A DNA stretch of 64,000 bases from Methanobacteriota archaeon (GTDB taxonomy: Archaea > Halobacteriota > Bog-38 > Methanoflorentales > Methanoflorentaceae), in assembly GCA_963720465.1 (NCBI GenBank), contig OY970393.1:1536001-1600000 (forward strand), read 5' to 3'. The notes below the pieces were generated by a model that saw only the letters and a list, made by a program, of their open reading frames with translations, did not search any database and was not told where the DNA came from. This document shows, piece by piece, positions 18,776-28,200 of the stretch. The translations under genes and the position numbers were made by a program. Position 1 is the stretch's first letter, and each line of letters starts with the position of its first letter.

Positions 18776-21700
18776 TCACTGCTCTTGTTCCCATTGTCTC
18801 TGTTTATCACGAAGGGTTGGATATCTTCCAATTAAACTTTGAAAAATAACCCCGACATCGTGCTGTAATGGTTTAGGGGTTTTGAAAAGCAGATCAACGG
18901 CGTTTCCGATGTCGCCAATGTAGCACTCCTGCGGATACTCCAACAGCTCCTTAAAAATGTCCACAAAATCCTTCTTGCTCACTGTGAAGATCATTTCCAG
19001 CATATCGCCATTTGCATAATATGGCGCTGAAATCCTTTTTGGGTATTCGAGATGAGTAGTCAGATATTCTTTTTCTGCGGCGATACATTTCTTGTAAATT
19101 GATAGAAGTTCATTTTGATAATTTGCATTGTTAAAATTATCCTTCACGAGGGAGTAGATGCTGTCATATGCGCTTTGGTCATATCTCTCGACAATCCTGC
19201 GCACATATTTAAGTGTCTTACTTAAATAGCTCTCGCCGGCGCTGCTTTTCGCATGCGATAATGACCACATATGCCAAGCAATTGTAGATTTAGTCGCTGA
19301 ATCTCTTTCAATCAAACGGCAGAGCAAATCCTTGAACGGAAGCTTTTCTTCTGGACTGAAATCTCGGCGAAGCTCGGCGAAACAGATTATGGTTCCCAAA
19401 TACTTTTTTAGAGCCTCGACATCGGCCTCCACAAAGATGTTAACTGCTTTCGTCGCGTGCGCTAGGTCAACGGACCGCAGTCTGTTAAAAACGTCGGCCA
19501 TTGCGACTTGCAAGGCCTGTCTTTTATTCTCCTCCTTTTCAAGCATCTCAAATGCAATAGCCTCTACTTCATTTGCTTGTCCCTCTGACATGAACCTCAT
19601 GCCGTTCGCCTTCGCATTTCTATTCTCAGCAAGTCGAGCCAACGCCAGGCACGATAGCTGTCTCACGTGAAGATTTCTATCTCTCGTAAGACTTCGGACT
19701 AACGCGATCACCTCGTCCACTTTACCTTCAATGCCACTCCTTACAACACTGCTGATAGCCCAAGCAGCGTACCCCCTGACGGTTCCTATGACCATGACGT
19801 TCGCATTTGCGACATCGATATCCTTTTCGTTACTGGGGTCGGGGTCGCTAACAAATCTCTCAATAAGCTCAAAACTCGGTATTGGATTCTCTTTATCTTT
19901 TGCAGCGCATTCTGTTACGAATTGCACCAGCAACTCACGCGAGTGACTAAAAGAAAACTTGGTTACGAATAGGTCGTAATTAGCAGTAAGTGCATTTGCA
20001 GCACTGAATGCGCGTTCTAATGCTTTTCGGCTATGTCTGTTGTGCAAATCGTGCAATGTCCCAGCCAGGAGCTGTTGTTCGTTGATGGTCAAAAAATCTT
20101 TGTTTTTTATGTCGTTCCATGTTGTCCAACCTTCGTTTGGGCGTTTCACGATTATCCTTGCGAACAACGCGCAGAATTCGCGCACTTGAATTTGGTTAAG
20201 GCGTTTTATGAACGACTCATTGGCGACAAGTTTTTTAAATATCGACGTTGCCCGATTTGAGTCATGACACAGTAATTTCTCGACGTTCGGAATGAGATTG
20301 CCATTGAAAAACAAATCATACTCCAGGTAGCCAGGATTGCTCGCCCACGCCTCTATTTGCGCGATTGCTTGTTTGTGGCCCATAAAAGCTAGGTCGCCTA
20401 CAACTTGGTCCACGAATGGATTGACAGGGCCGCCTGCGGCGGTTATTTTAACAGCCTCCCACTTCTGATCGTCTGTAAACTTGCCAGTTTTCAAGATCTG
20501 ATATACAAATTCAGCGTTATCAGACACATGTCTTCCTGATAGTAGGTGCCCTCCCAAAATCTCCGAGGCTTCTTGGTTGCCTTTCTTATATTCATCAAGA
20601 ACGAATGGAATAGCGATTCGATTGAGGAAATCCGGCCTGTTCTTTGAAACCTCCGTGGGCTCCACTACGCAGTTTTGTTTTATGAAACTCCACCTAGTCT
20701 CGCAGTTGAAATCTCGCAACGCTGGAATCAAGGTGCACAGGATAAATTGTTTTTCTGGAACCTCGTAATCATGCCCATAAACAGCACTTATAGGTCCGAT
20801 GAGATCCCAGCCTTCGAAATCGCACCTGAATTTTTGTCTGTAGAACTTCTCGTATTGCGTGGCGAGTTTGCTTGACATTGCCAGGAATCTGTGCTCGAAA
20901 AATTCGTTATTGTTATCGTTAAGAAAGTGTTTCAGGATTCGAAATATCTCTCTTGGGGCATAGCGACTATAGTTACCTTCGTCTCCGATGACATTGAAGG
21001 TGTTAATGATGAATTCATAGATCTGCTCTTTGGCATCCTTGGTAGATTTCTGATATAATGATTCCAATGTATTGCATAAGTCGCTTTTGCGATGCAATTT
21101 ATCCTCGTCGGCGTTGAGGTAGAAAAGCTCCTCGTCGTACTTTTCGAACTGTTTTTTCAATATGCTTAAAACCGCTTGATGCAGCGAACTATCTTTCTCA
21201 ACAATGGCCGTCAGCAGTTTTGCCAAACCGCTTTCAAAAAAAGTGTCAAAATAGAAGGTATTCAATTGATCTAAGTTGCTCTCAACAAAAGATAAAATGC
21301 ACCTCCTATTCGCCTTATTCGCTATGTTAGCACGGAAAACATCGAATAGTTGCAGAGGATAATAGATTTTGCACGCGTGCCAAACGTTCGTCCAGTCGGC
21401 CAATTTTAAGTCATGTTTGACCTTCAATTTGTCAAGCAACAAATACATTAAGGCGGGATCTTGCGATAAGGCGGTAATCTCGCTGTCTCCGGCCCCTAAA
21501 TTCCCCCCTCTCGCCGCCGCATCAATTTTGTCGATCTGTTTTTCATAACTAGTTAGTTTGGCATTAAAAATTGTTGATCTATCTTTGGCTTTAGAGGCTT
21601 GAGATTGAATTTCGCGCTCCATATCTTCGCGCTTATACACGATGCCTTCAGCAGACCCCCAATGGAACACTTTGAGTAAAATGCTGCGTACAACGTCTTC

Positions 21701-22216
21701 TATATCATCTTGGGGTAGCCAAAAGCCGATAACTTGACTGAATAACAAGTAGACTAAATCTTCAAGAACACTCTTGGGTTGCTGCCAAAGTCTTAGTTTT
21801 GAAAGGAGTTGCCCGTGCTCTCGCTCATACCCTTTCTTCGCTAACTCGTCTTCTAGAACTTCCTGCGGGTAAAATCTCAGCGCTTCTATTTGTTTAAAAG
21901 TCTCAGAAGTCTCAATGCTGCATAGGCTGGTTATCACTAGTATCTCATCGGCAGCGTCGGCAGCTTCTTTCTCTTTGTCATATAGATTCTTGACGAAAGC
22001 TTTGAGAATGTGCTCACGCAATCCCTCTTTCCGATCTTTAGCTTCACATACTATCTTGTGACCTTCGGCAAATACTAAGGTGAAGTCAATAGCGCCTGGC
22101 GTCTCCAATTGAATAGACAAGAACGCAGGAGTTTTCAGGTACTGCAGAAATAACGCCAGCGCGGCAAGTGTCTGATAGTTTTGCCCTTTGAAAGGGCCAC
22201 GTCCTGGATGTGTCAT
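18776..22216 (-). CDS. 1146-aa protein: N-terminal PD-(D/E)xK-like nuclease domain plus long alpha-helical region
   Basis: GQNYQ...IQLE...IDF...VCEAKD at the N-terminus; helical HEAT-like remainder; no Walker A seen; AT-rich. Confidence 0.75.
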   Translation of the reverse strand: MTHPGRGPFKGQNYQTLAALALFLQYLKTPAFLSIQLETPGAIDFTLVFAEGHKIVCEAKDRKEGLREHILKAFVKNLYDKEKEAADAADEILVITSLCSIETSETFKQIEALRFYPQEVLEDELAKKGYEREHGQLLSKLRLWQQPKSVLEDLVYLLFSQVIGFWLPQDDIEDVVRSILLKVFHWGSAEGIVYKREDMEREIQSQASKAKDRSTIFNAKLTSYEKQIDKIDAAARGGNLGAGDSEITALSQDPALMYLLLDKLKVKHDLKLADWTNVWHACKIYYPLQLFDVFRANIANKANRRCILSFVESNLDQLNTFYFDTFFESGLAKLLTAIVEKDSSLHQAVLSILKKQFEKYDEELFYLNADEDKLHRKSDLCNTLESLYQKSTKDAKEQIYEFIINTFNVIGDEGNYSRYAPREIFRILKHFLNDNNNEFFEHRFLAMSSKLATQYEKFYRQKFRCDFEGWDLIGPISAVYGHDYEVPEKQFILCTLIPALRDFNCETRWSFIKQNCVVEPTEVSKNRPDFLNRIAIPFVLDEYKKGNQEASEILGGHLLSGRHVSDNAEFVYQILKTGKFTDDQKWEAVKITAAGGPVNPFVDQVVGDLAFMGHKQAIAQIEAWASNPGYLEYDLFFNGNLIPNVEKLLCHDSNRATSIFKKLVANESFIKRLNQIQVREFCALFARIIVKRPNEGWTTWNDIKNKDFLTINEQQLLAGTLHDLHNRHSRKALERAFSAANALTANYDLFVTKFSFSHSRELLVQFVTECAAKDKENPIPSFELIERFVSDPDPSNEKDIDVANANVMVIGTVRGYAAWAISSVVRSGIEGKVDEVIALVRSLTRDRNLHVRQLSCLALARLAENRNAKANGMRFMSEGQANEVEAIAFEMLEKEENKRQALQVAMADVFNRLRSVDLAHATKAVNIFVEADVEALKKYLGTIICFAELRRDFSPEEKLPFKDLLCRLIERDSATKSTIAWHMWSLSHAKSSAGESYLSKTLKYVRRIVERYDQSAYDSIYSLVKDNFNNANYQNELLSIYKKCIAAEKEYLTTHLEYPKRISAPYYANGDMLEMIFTVSKKDFVDIFKELLEYPQECYIGDIGNAVDLLFKTPKPLQHDVGVIFQSLIGRYPTLRDKQRQWEQEQ

Positions 22217-22442
22217 CGTTTTTGGACTCGTTAAGCCTTCCTCTTAGCACCTTTTAGAATAGACCCTTGGGTGATTTTTACGCCAGATAATAAGCGAGTT
22301 CGGTTTTCCAGTTAGGCAGATTAATCCTCACCTCGTAACCTAGGACAGTCTGAAGTCGCATACTTAAAGGGAGAGCTCAAGTAAAAAAGTTACGTATACA
22401 CCTACTGGCTCTCCGCAAAGAAGCGCAAGGCGGCCTATCGGC

Positions 22443-22576
22443 TCACACGGTCAAGCGAACGTGGCCTAATGCTTCATAAATGCATCATACCGTGCGTAGG
22501 CAGCGGATGCTTGTAAAATCGCCAATCGACTCCTGAGACGCCGTGCGAGTATGTAGTTCTTATTTGACTGATCTCA
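22443..22576 (-). pseudogene. 3'-terminal remnant of a tyrosine integrase (copy A)
   Basis: DQSNKNYILAHGVSGVDWRFYKHPLP followed by a frameshifted tail; about 85 bp downstream of the intact integrase stop. Confidence 0.88.
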
Positions 22577-22659
22577 GCGCGAGATACCACCTTACCACTT
22601 ACAAGTTTGCGAGATGCCTCGAAAATGGCTCGGCAGGAAGCTCAAGTTCAGCGACAGAG

Positions 22660-24180
22660 CTAGATTGTGAAGTCGACGTCTCTCCAGTACTTCATGTAGA
22701 TATCATATACGTTCTCTGGCAAGGGATTTCGATAATGCCCCCACTCAACCCCTGAAACACCGTGTGTCAAGATGTAGGCTCTGTTTGACTGATCCCACTG
22801 AATAATGTCGCCGTACTGCTCGGCGAATTTCCTCAAATCGCCGAGAACGAACGGCTTTTGGAACCGCGACATCGAGATTTTCTGTCGTTTTATCCACTGC
22901 AAAAAGGAACTGTGAGTGAACATCAGTTGGTCGTCATTTCGCCCAGCGAGTAGGGGTTTAAGGGCTTCCACAACGCGAGGCGCCAGCGGCACGTAGTGGC
23001 TCATACGAACCTTGTCTTGCGACGAATCAACGAGGAGCACTGGCTTATCAGCAGCCAACGCCGTGCGGAACTGGCCTACCCTTAGCTTCGCCGTCGTAGC
23101 TTCGCTCCGTTGGCCGGTGTACGCCTCAAACAAAACGAACGCCGAATATTTTGCTGATCGCTCAGAACTGATCTCCCCTTCTCGTTGTGCTTTCTCTATG
23201 TGTTGGAGAACGTTGCTAATATCCTCCTTAGTCACGATACGAGAAGTGACGTTCTTGCGCTCTTTGACCGTTTTTGGAGGCTCTAAGTAGGCAGTGAACG
23301 TCTGATAGCGCGGTTCGGCGCGAGTCATGGCGAGGAACTTGAGGAAAGACTTGGCAAAGTTGAGCACTTTAGAATGAGAATCGGTCGATGTATACTCCTC
23401 TAGTGTTCGCTCCCGAAGCGTTTCGACAGTGTGATGTGATATCGCCCCTATCGTGCAATCCCACAATAGCTTTGAAGATCTGTTAATCCAATCCCGCGAT
23501 TTCTGAGCAAGGCCGCTCGTACGATACGTAACGTAACGATCAAGCTCATCCCGCGAGAAGCTAAGCGAATGCTCTTTTTGGTGAAGAGTACTCGAGGATA
23601 TGACTTTAGCCCCCTCCGCGCCGCTCTGTGTTTGCGTTGATGATGGCGTTGGTGCAGGTATCAGTGTTATTGGCTGAGGAGTTAGTGTCACTGCCTCGCG
23701 CTTCATTGCCTTCTTCGCTATTTCCTTTAAGTGATCGGCAATAGCTACACTATATTCAAACTCAGGATCTTCCACGAGCTCTTCCTCATCTTGAGGGGCA
23801 AGACGCGCCCAACGCGCTTCAGAATCGACCACAATATCGTCGAAATAAGCTTGCCAATCTATCGGCAGAAGGTCGACTAAGCGCGTAGACTCGTTCTCGT
23901 GTTGGGGTGCTGAATGAACATTTCCATTCTCGGTATATTGGTAGGAGGTCTCATCGTGCGCTTCCTCCTCTCCCAACCCTTCGCCTGCGGAGTTGTGCAA
24001 CTTTTCATCAAAGTTGTGCAACTTTTTGTCCTTGTTGTGCTCATCTTCTCCCAAGATTCTCACTACCGACAAACGGCTATCTGAGGTCTCTAACGTCCTC
24101 TGGGTCTCCGATTTGGAAAAGAATAGATGGGCTCGAGGCGATTCGAACGCCCGACCTTCGCCGTGTAAAGGCGATGTCAT
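22660..24180 (-). CDS. Tyrosine recombinase/integrase whose ORF begins inside tRNA-Val (true start uncertain)
   Basis: YTGQR (Arg), DK (Lys), GDLRK (HxxR equivalent), LTHG, HY (Tyr). The first codons (LHGEGRAFESPRAH) are the tRNA 3' half. Confidence 0.88.
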   Translation of the reverse strand: MTSPLHGEGRAFESPRAHLFFSKSETQRTLETSDSRLSVVRILGEDEHNKDKKLHNFDEKLHNSAGEGLGEEEAHDETSYQYTENGNVHSAPQHENESTRLVDLLPIDWQAYFDDIVVDSEARWARLAPQDEEELVEDPEFEYSVAIADHLKEIAKKAMKREAVTLTPQPITLIPAPTPSSTQTQSGAEGAKVISSSTLHQKEHSLSFSRDELDRYVTYRTSGLAQKSRDWINRSSKLLWDCTIGAISHHTVETLRERTLEEYTSTDSHSKVLNFAKSFLKFLAMTRAEPRYQTFTAYLEPPKTVKERKNVTSRIVTKEDISNVLQHIEKAQREGEISSERSAKYSAFVLFEAYTGQRSEATTAKLRVGQFRTALAADKPVLLVDSSQDKVRMSHYVPLAPRVVEALKPLLAGRNDDQLMFTHSSFLQWIKRQKISMSRFQKPFVLGDLRKFAEQYGDIIQWDQSNRAYILTHGVSGVEWGHYRNPLPENVYDIYMKYWRDVDFTI

Positions 24181-24201
24181 AACCAGCTAGACCACGAGCC
24201 C
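24128..24201 (-). tRNA. tRNA-Val (anticodon TAC)
   Basis: GGGCTCGTGGTCTAGCTGGTTATGACATCGCCTTTACACGGCGAAGGTCGGGCGTTCGAATCGCCTCGAGCCCA folds as a cloverleaf; 74 nt, no intron, CCA not encoded. Confidence 0.97.
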
Positions 24202-24335
24202 GCAGGTTACCCTACCACACGTTCATATATTAAAGTTATCAAACGCCACGGGTGCTGCTCAACACACCGTGGCCGCCGCTGGCTAAAAAAGCCCGGAATA
24301 CGATCTTTTTTACTTATTAGCGTGCCGCTTGACCA

Positions 24336-24755
24336 TCATGCCGGGGTCGCGGCGGTAATTTCCTCCCCCCAACCCATCATCGTCTCGTACATCTCTATCG
24401 CCTTCAGAAGCAGGTCCTCGGTATAGTCACCGACCTTGTACACCCACCAGTACGGCTCCCCTCGGCGCTCGATCTCAAACTTGACCGCGTCGTCCTTTGC
24501 GAGAGAGAAATCCTTGGACTCGTCTACAACGATCTCCCCACTTCCTTTGAGCTTTTCTACAAGAGGTTCCATTTTTGTGGACAGAAGAACGCTGATCCCC
24601 CTGTCTGAACCGACTTCGAGTAGAAGGTTGCTCTGGGTACCGACGGAGAACAATCGAAATCGGATGCCATCCGCCTCCTTTTGCGCGCCGCCCCGGTCGA
24701 TGAAGTTATGTGTTGCCAATATCTCTTCAGCCTGTGTTGTCGTCAATTCAGCCAT
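24336..24755 (-). CDS. Hypothetical protein
   Basis: 139-aa ORF with GGAGTGA ribosome site and host-like codon use. Confidence 0.75.
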   Translation of the reverse strand: MAELTTTQAEEILATHNFIDRGGAQKEADGIRFRLFSVGTQSNLLLEVGSDRGISVLLSTKMEPLVEKLKGSGEIVVDESKDFSLAKDDAVKFEIERRGEPYWWVYKVGDYTEDLLLKAIEMYETMMGWGEEITAATPA

Positions 24756-25298
24756 TATATCACTCCGTTAGTGGTACCCCCTATTGTGCCGACCTAAATA
24801 AAGGGCTGTCGCTTTATTTGCACTAAGTCGCGTCTCACGACTCTTCCGTGCGCCGTCGGGTCTCTGCGTATATGGCGGGTCCGAGCAACGCCTCGGCTCG
24901 TTCTGTAGCACTCGCTCGTGAGCGCGAAGCTCCTGCTCGTCGTGTGAACTGTTCGGCTCTTGTATCAGCTCGTCCCCTTTTCACCATACTCAAGTACGCA
25001 GTAGTGGGGTACTCCTAAAAAATCAGCAAGACAGCGCGTGGTAGGCAATTGATATGAATCGCGTTTTTGGAAAACGCGCGGAAATGCTATTATCGCGAGT
25101 GAAGAGTATCCTCAGGGCGTCGTCAGGGTACAACGTCCAGATCTAGCTCTGCCATAGTAAGCAAGGGCTTGAATTAACCGGCAGTTCTCAGAGGCTCCTG
25201 AAACGCTATACTAAGGATTTCCCATCGATAAAGAGCGCCTCTCCTCCACGAAGCGGCCCTCTCAGACCGGAATTTACCTGAACCCGCTCCTTCCTTTT

Positions 25299-25487
25299 CT
25301 AGTCCTCGGGCAGAGGTTCCAAGTAGACGATGTCGGCTCCGACGTCTTTTGCGATTTGTTCAAGTTCGGTCTTCCTCAGATAGCCCGCGTACAGATGCAG
25401 CTCCTCGCCCGCTACAGCGACAACTTGAAATCGGGGGTGTTCCGGGCCCTTTTCTACCTTCAGCCGCTCTCTCACGTAGATTTTCAT
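25299..25487 (-). CDS. Small hypothetical protein
   Basis: MKIYVRER...LEPLPED; GGAGG upstream of ATG 25487. Confidence 0.7.
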   Translation of the reverse strand: MKIYVRERLKVEKGPEHPRFQVVAVAGEELHLYAGYLRKTELEQIAKDVGADIVYLEPLPED

Positions 25488-25624
25488 CTGTGTCCTCCGC
25501 TGATGCAAAAAGTTGATATATCAGTCACTGGGGGGCGATTCTGCAGCACTTGTGATTCTCAGCGCTTTCCCCCAGGCATTTTTTCGGAACAATGTTGGAG
25601 AATAACCGCAGCCCCTCGGTGCTC

Positions 25625-26674
25625 TCACCCCTGTTTGAGGAATCCTTCAGCGGCGAGCATCTCCGCGTTGAGTATCGAAGCTCCTGCGGCCCCTCTAACG
25701 GTGTTATGGCCCATAAGCGTATACTTGGTGCCCTTGACAACGTCGCGCCTCACCCTGCCAACGGAGACGCTCATTCCGGCGTTGACGTCACGGTCAAGCC
25801 GAGGCTGCGGCCGATCCTCTTCCTCTCTGACGATTATGGGTCGTTCGGGGGCAGATGGCAATCCTTTCAGGGGCTGGAGTGAGGCCATAGCCTGTTTTAC
25901 CTCTTCAGGGGACGCGTCGACGTCCACCCACACTGACTCGGTGTGTCCGTCGATCACCGGGACGCGATTGCAGATCGCGCTGACGGTGATGCTCGCGTTG
26001 ACGACCTTTGTGCCGTTGAATGCCCCCAGAATCTTCGGTGTCTCCGTCTGCATCTTCTCCTCCTCTCCGCCGATGTACGGGACGACGTTATCGAGAATGG
26101 CCATCGACGAGACGCCGGTGTAGCCCGCGCCGGAAACCGCCTGCAGGGTCGCGACCTTGACGTCGGTGAGGCCCAGCTGCATGAGCGGTTTGAGCGTCAT
26201 GACAAGCATAATGGTGGAGCAGTTCGGATTGGTGACGATGAAACCACCCCAGCCGCGTTGCGCTTTCTGAAGCTCGATCAATTTCGCGTGGTCCTTGTTG
26301 ACCTCCGGAATGAGGAGCGGTACGTCGTCGAACATCCTGTACGAGGCGGCGTTGCTCGAAACCCCGATGCCCTCGCGGGCGTAATCCGCTTCAACGTTTT
26401 CTGCGATATCGGCCGGAAGGGACGAAAAAACCAGTTTCACGTCGTCAGGCATGTCGGTTGATCGAGTCGGGATGACGCGAAGGTCACCTATGTTTTCGGG
26501 TACTGGCGTGCTCAACCGCCAATCAACCGCGTCCTTGTAGTACTTCCCTGTGCTTCGCTCAGATGCAGTGACCGCACCGACCTCAAACCACGGGTGTGCC
26601 TCAAGGAGTTGGCAGAATCGCTGCCCGACTGCACCGGTGGCGCCAAGCACGCCGACTTGTATTAGCTTTGACAT
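25625..26674 (-). CDS. asd: Aspartate-semialdehyde dehydrogenase
   Basis: GATGAVGQ, NPNCST, QAVSGAG, RVPVIDGH, HNTVRGAAG. Confidence 0.97.
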   Translation of the reverse strand: MSKLIQVGVLGATGAVGQRFCQLLEAHPWFEVGAVTASERSTGKYYKDAVDWRLSTPVPENIGDLRVIPTRSTDMPDDVKLVFSSLPADIAENVEADYAREGIGVSSNAASYRMFDDVPLLIPEVNKDHAKLIELQKAQRGWGGFIVTNPNCSTIMLVMTLKPLMQLGLTDVKVATLQAVSGAGYTGVSSMAILDNVVPYIGGEEEKMQTETPKILGAFNGTKVVNASITVSAICNRVPVIDGHTESVWVDVDASPEEVKQAMASLQPLKGLPSAPERPIIVREEEDRPQPRLDRDVNAGMSVSVGRVRRDVVKGTKYTLMGHNTVRGAAGASILNAEMLAAEGFLKQG

Positions 26675-26682
26675 ATCTCACC

Positions 26683-26853
26683 TCACGCTAACGCGATTGC
26701 TCCGGATGGGCAGACATCGACACAGATGCCACAGTTTACGCAGTCCTTCGCGTTCACCACGGGCACATCGTCTAATGAAATAGCGGCGGCCGGGCACTCT
26801 TCGACACAGGTTCCACACTGCACGCACGCCTCCACATCGATGAACACTACCAT
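26683..26853 (-). CDS. 2[4Fe-4S] ferredoxin
   Basis: Two CxxCxxCxxxCP motifs. Confidence 0.92.
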   Translation of the reverse strand: MVVFIDVEACVQCGTCVEECPAAAISLDDVPVVNAKDCVNCGICVDVCPSGAIALA

Positions 26854-27036
26854 GCCAACAACCACTATCGGTTCATGAAAAAGCGGTCATATAACCATTT
26901 TGGTCAGCGGCCTCAGCATCGCTGCCCTTGTCGGCACGTAGTCCTGCGAAAGCGCGCTTACGTTGCGAAACGCCTTCAGTGGCGCTTGCTGACAATGCGC
27001 TTGCCGTGGTCGTGAGCAGCGTAGCAACTGGCAGCG

Positions 27037-27366
27037 TCACGACTCGAAGCGCGATGTTTTACCCGTCGCACTGCCTTGCGCTTTTCGAGTTCCTTTAGAA
27101 CCGTAGTCGAAGAACTTCTCAACGGTATCTCCTGAAGTCCATTCTGCTCGAATCCTCGTTCGCTTCTCAGCTCGTCGCAACGCGGACAGGATCATACGGT
27201 TGAGATTTCGCGCGCTTTCTCCTTCAAGCTCTGCCTCAACTTCGAATCCTTGATCTGTTTGTCTAATAGTTCCCTTATCAGCAATAAGCTGTTCAAGAAC
27301 CGGTTTGACGGCTGACGGGTTGTCGCTGCTCACGTGTACTGATACGCTAAACTTCAGTTGCGCCAT
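27037..27366 (-). CDS. Hypothetical protein
   Basis: MAQLKFSVSVHVSSDNP...; GGTGA upstream of ATG 27366. The longer ORF call overlaps the opposite-strand gene. Confidence 0.7.
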   Translation of the reverse strand: MAQLKFSVSVHVSSDNPSAVKPVLEQLIADKGTIRQTDQGFEVEAELEGESARNLNRMILSALRRAEKRTRIRAEWTSGDTVEKFFDYGSKGTRKAQGSATGKTSRFES

Positions 27367-27544
27367 TTTTTCACCCCAAAGCGTACGACTCTTTCCGATA
27401 TAAAAATCTGCTCGCGCGACGAACATCGTTGCAACCGTGAAGCGGAGTAAGGGCGAGGATGCAAGCATACATGTTAAGCCGGATTGAAACAGAACTGAGA
27501 CCAGCACGAGGCTTTGAGCCTCCCTAGAAGAAAAAGAGGCGAAA

Positions 27545-28138
27545 ATGACATATTGCAAAGAATGCGGCCACAAACTCGGCTTCCTTGAGCACGCAGCCGA
27601 CGGGCTGTGTAACGGTTGCCGACAACGATTGGTGCAGCAACAGGCGGAGAAAGCGCATGCGGCGGCCATAGCTCCGTATACCGGCGCAGAACTCCCGGTT
27701 GTCCCTGTTACCGGCGCGATTATGAAAAAAGGCGAGACTGCGTACTGTCGAACAGCGACGGTGCTCAAGGAGACTAAAACGGTGAACCTCGGCTATTCAG
27801 GAGCGAGTCACGGCGTCTCGATCCCACTCCCGATAAAGGTGGGGGGCTTTCCCGTGCGCTATCGCGTGGGTCAATCACGCGGCCACATCGTCAAACATGA
27901 CGAGTTGCTTGAAACGTCGCGCGGGGACTTGATCGTAAGTAATCAACGACTATTTTTAAACCCGTTCGCGGGGCACAAGCCGCTGAGCGTGCCGCTCTCG
28001 AAAATCGCCAGTTTTCACGTCTATGAGAATGGCCTCGAAGTGTGGCAGGACGGCAAGGAACGGCCCTACCTGTTCTTGCTTGGTGCGGCGGGGAGCGAGA
28101 TATGCGGGCTGTGTCTCGATAAGCTCCTTAGAGCTTAG
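27545..28138 (+). CDS. Hypothetical protein with N-terminal zinc ribbon and PH-like C-terminal region
   Basis: CKECG...CNGC; GDLIVSNQRLF resembles bacterial PH-like domains. Confidence 0.7.
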   Translation: MTYCKECGHKLGFLEHAADGLCNGCRQRLVQQQAEKAHAAAIAPYTGAELPVVPVTGAIMKKGETAYCRTATVLKETKTVNLGYSGASHGVSIPLPIKVGGFPVRYRVGQSRGHIVKHDELLETSRGDLIVSNQRLFLNPFAGHKPLSVPLSKIASFHVYENGLEVWQDGKERPYLFLLGAAGSEICGLCLDKLLRA

Positions 28139-28200
28139 ATTTCGCTTTTTGCGCAAGAACAGAGAGAGCAAATAGGATCGGATCAACAGAGCGCGGCGGT

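Larger units (their letters stand above)
1342..24201 (-). mobile_element. tRNA-Val-anchored composite genomic island (left boundary uncertain, may run past the window start)
   Basis: Integrase abutting the tRNA, four integrase remnants, a Xer fragment, many pseudogenes, compositionally mixed cargo and no core operons. Confidence 0.7.

Noticed and set aside
27367-27768. Extension of ORF 27037..27768
   Set aside because: Antisense shadow of the 27545..28138 gene; a ribosome site supports ATG 27366.
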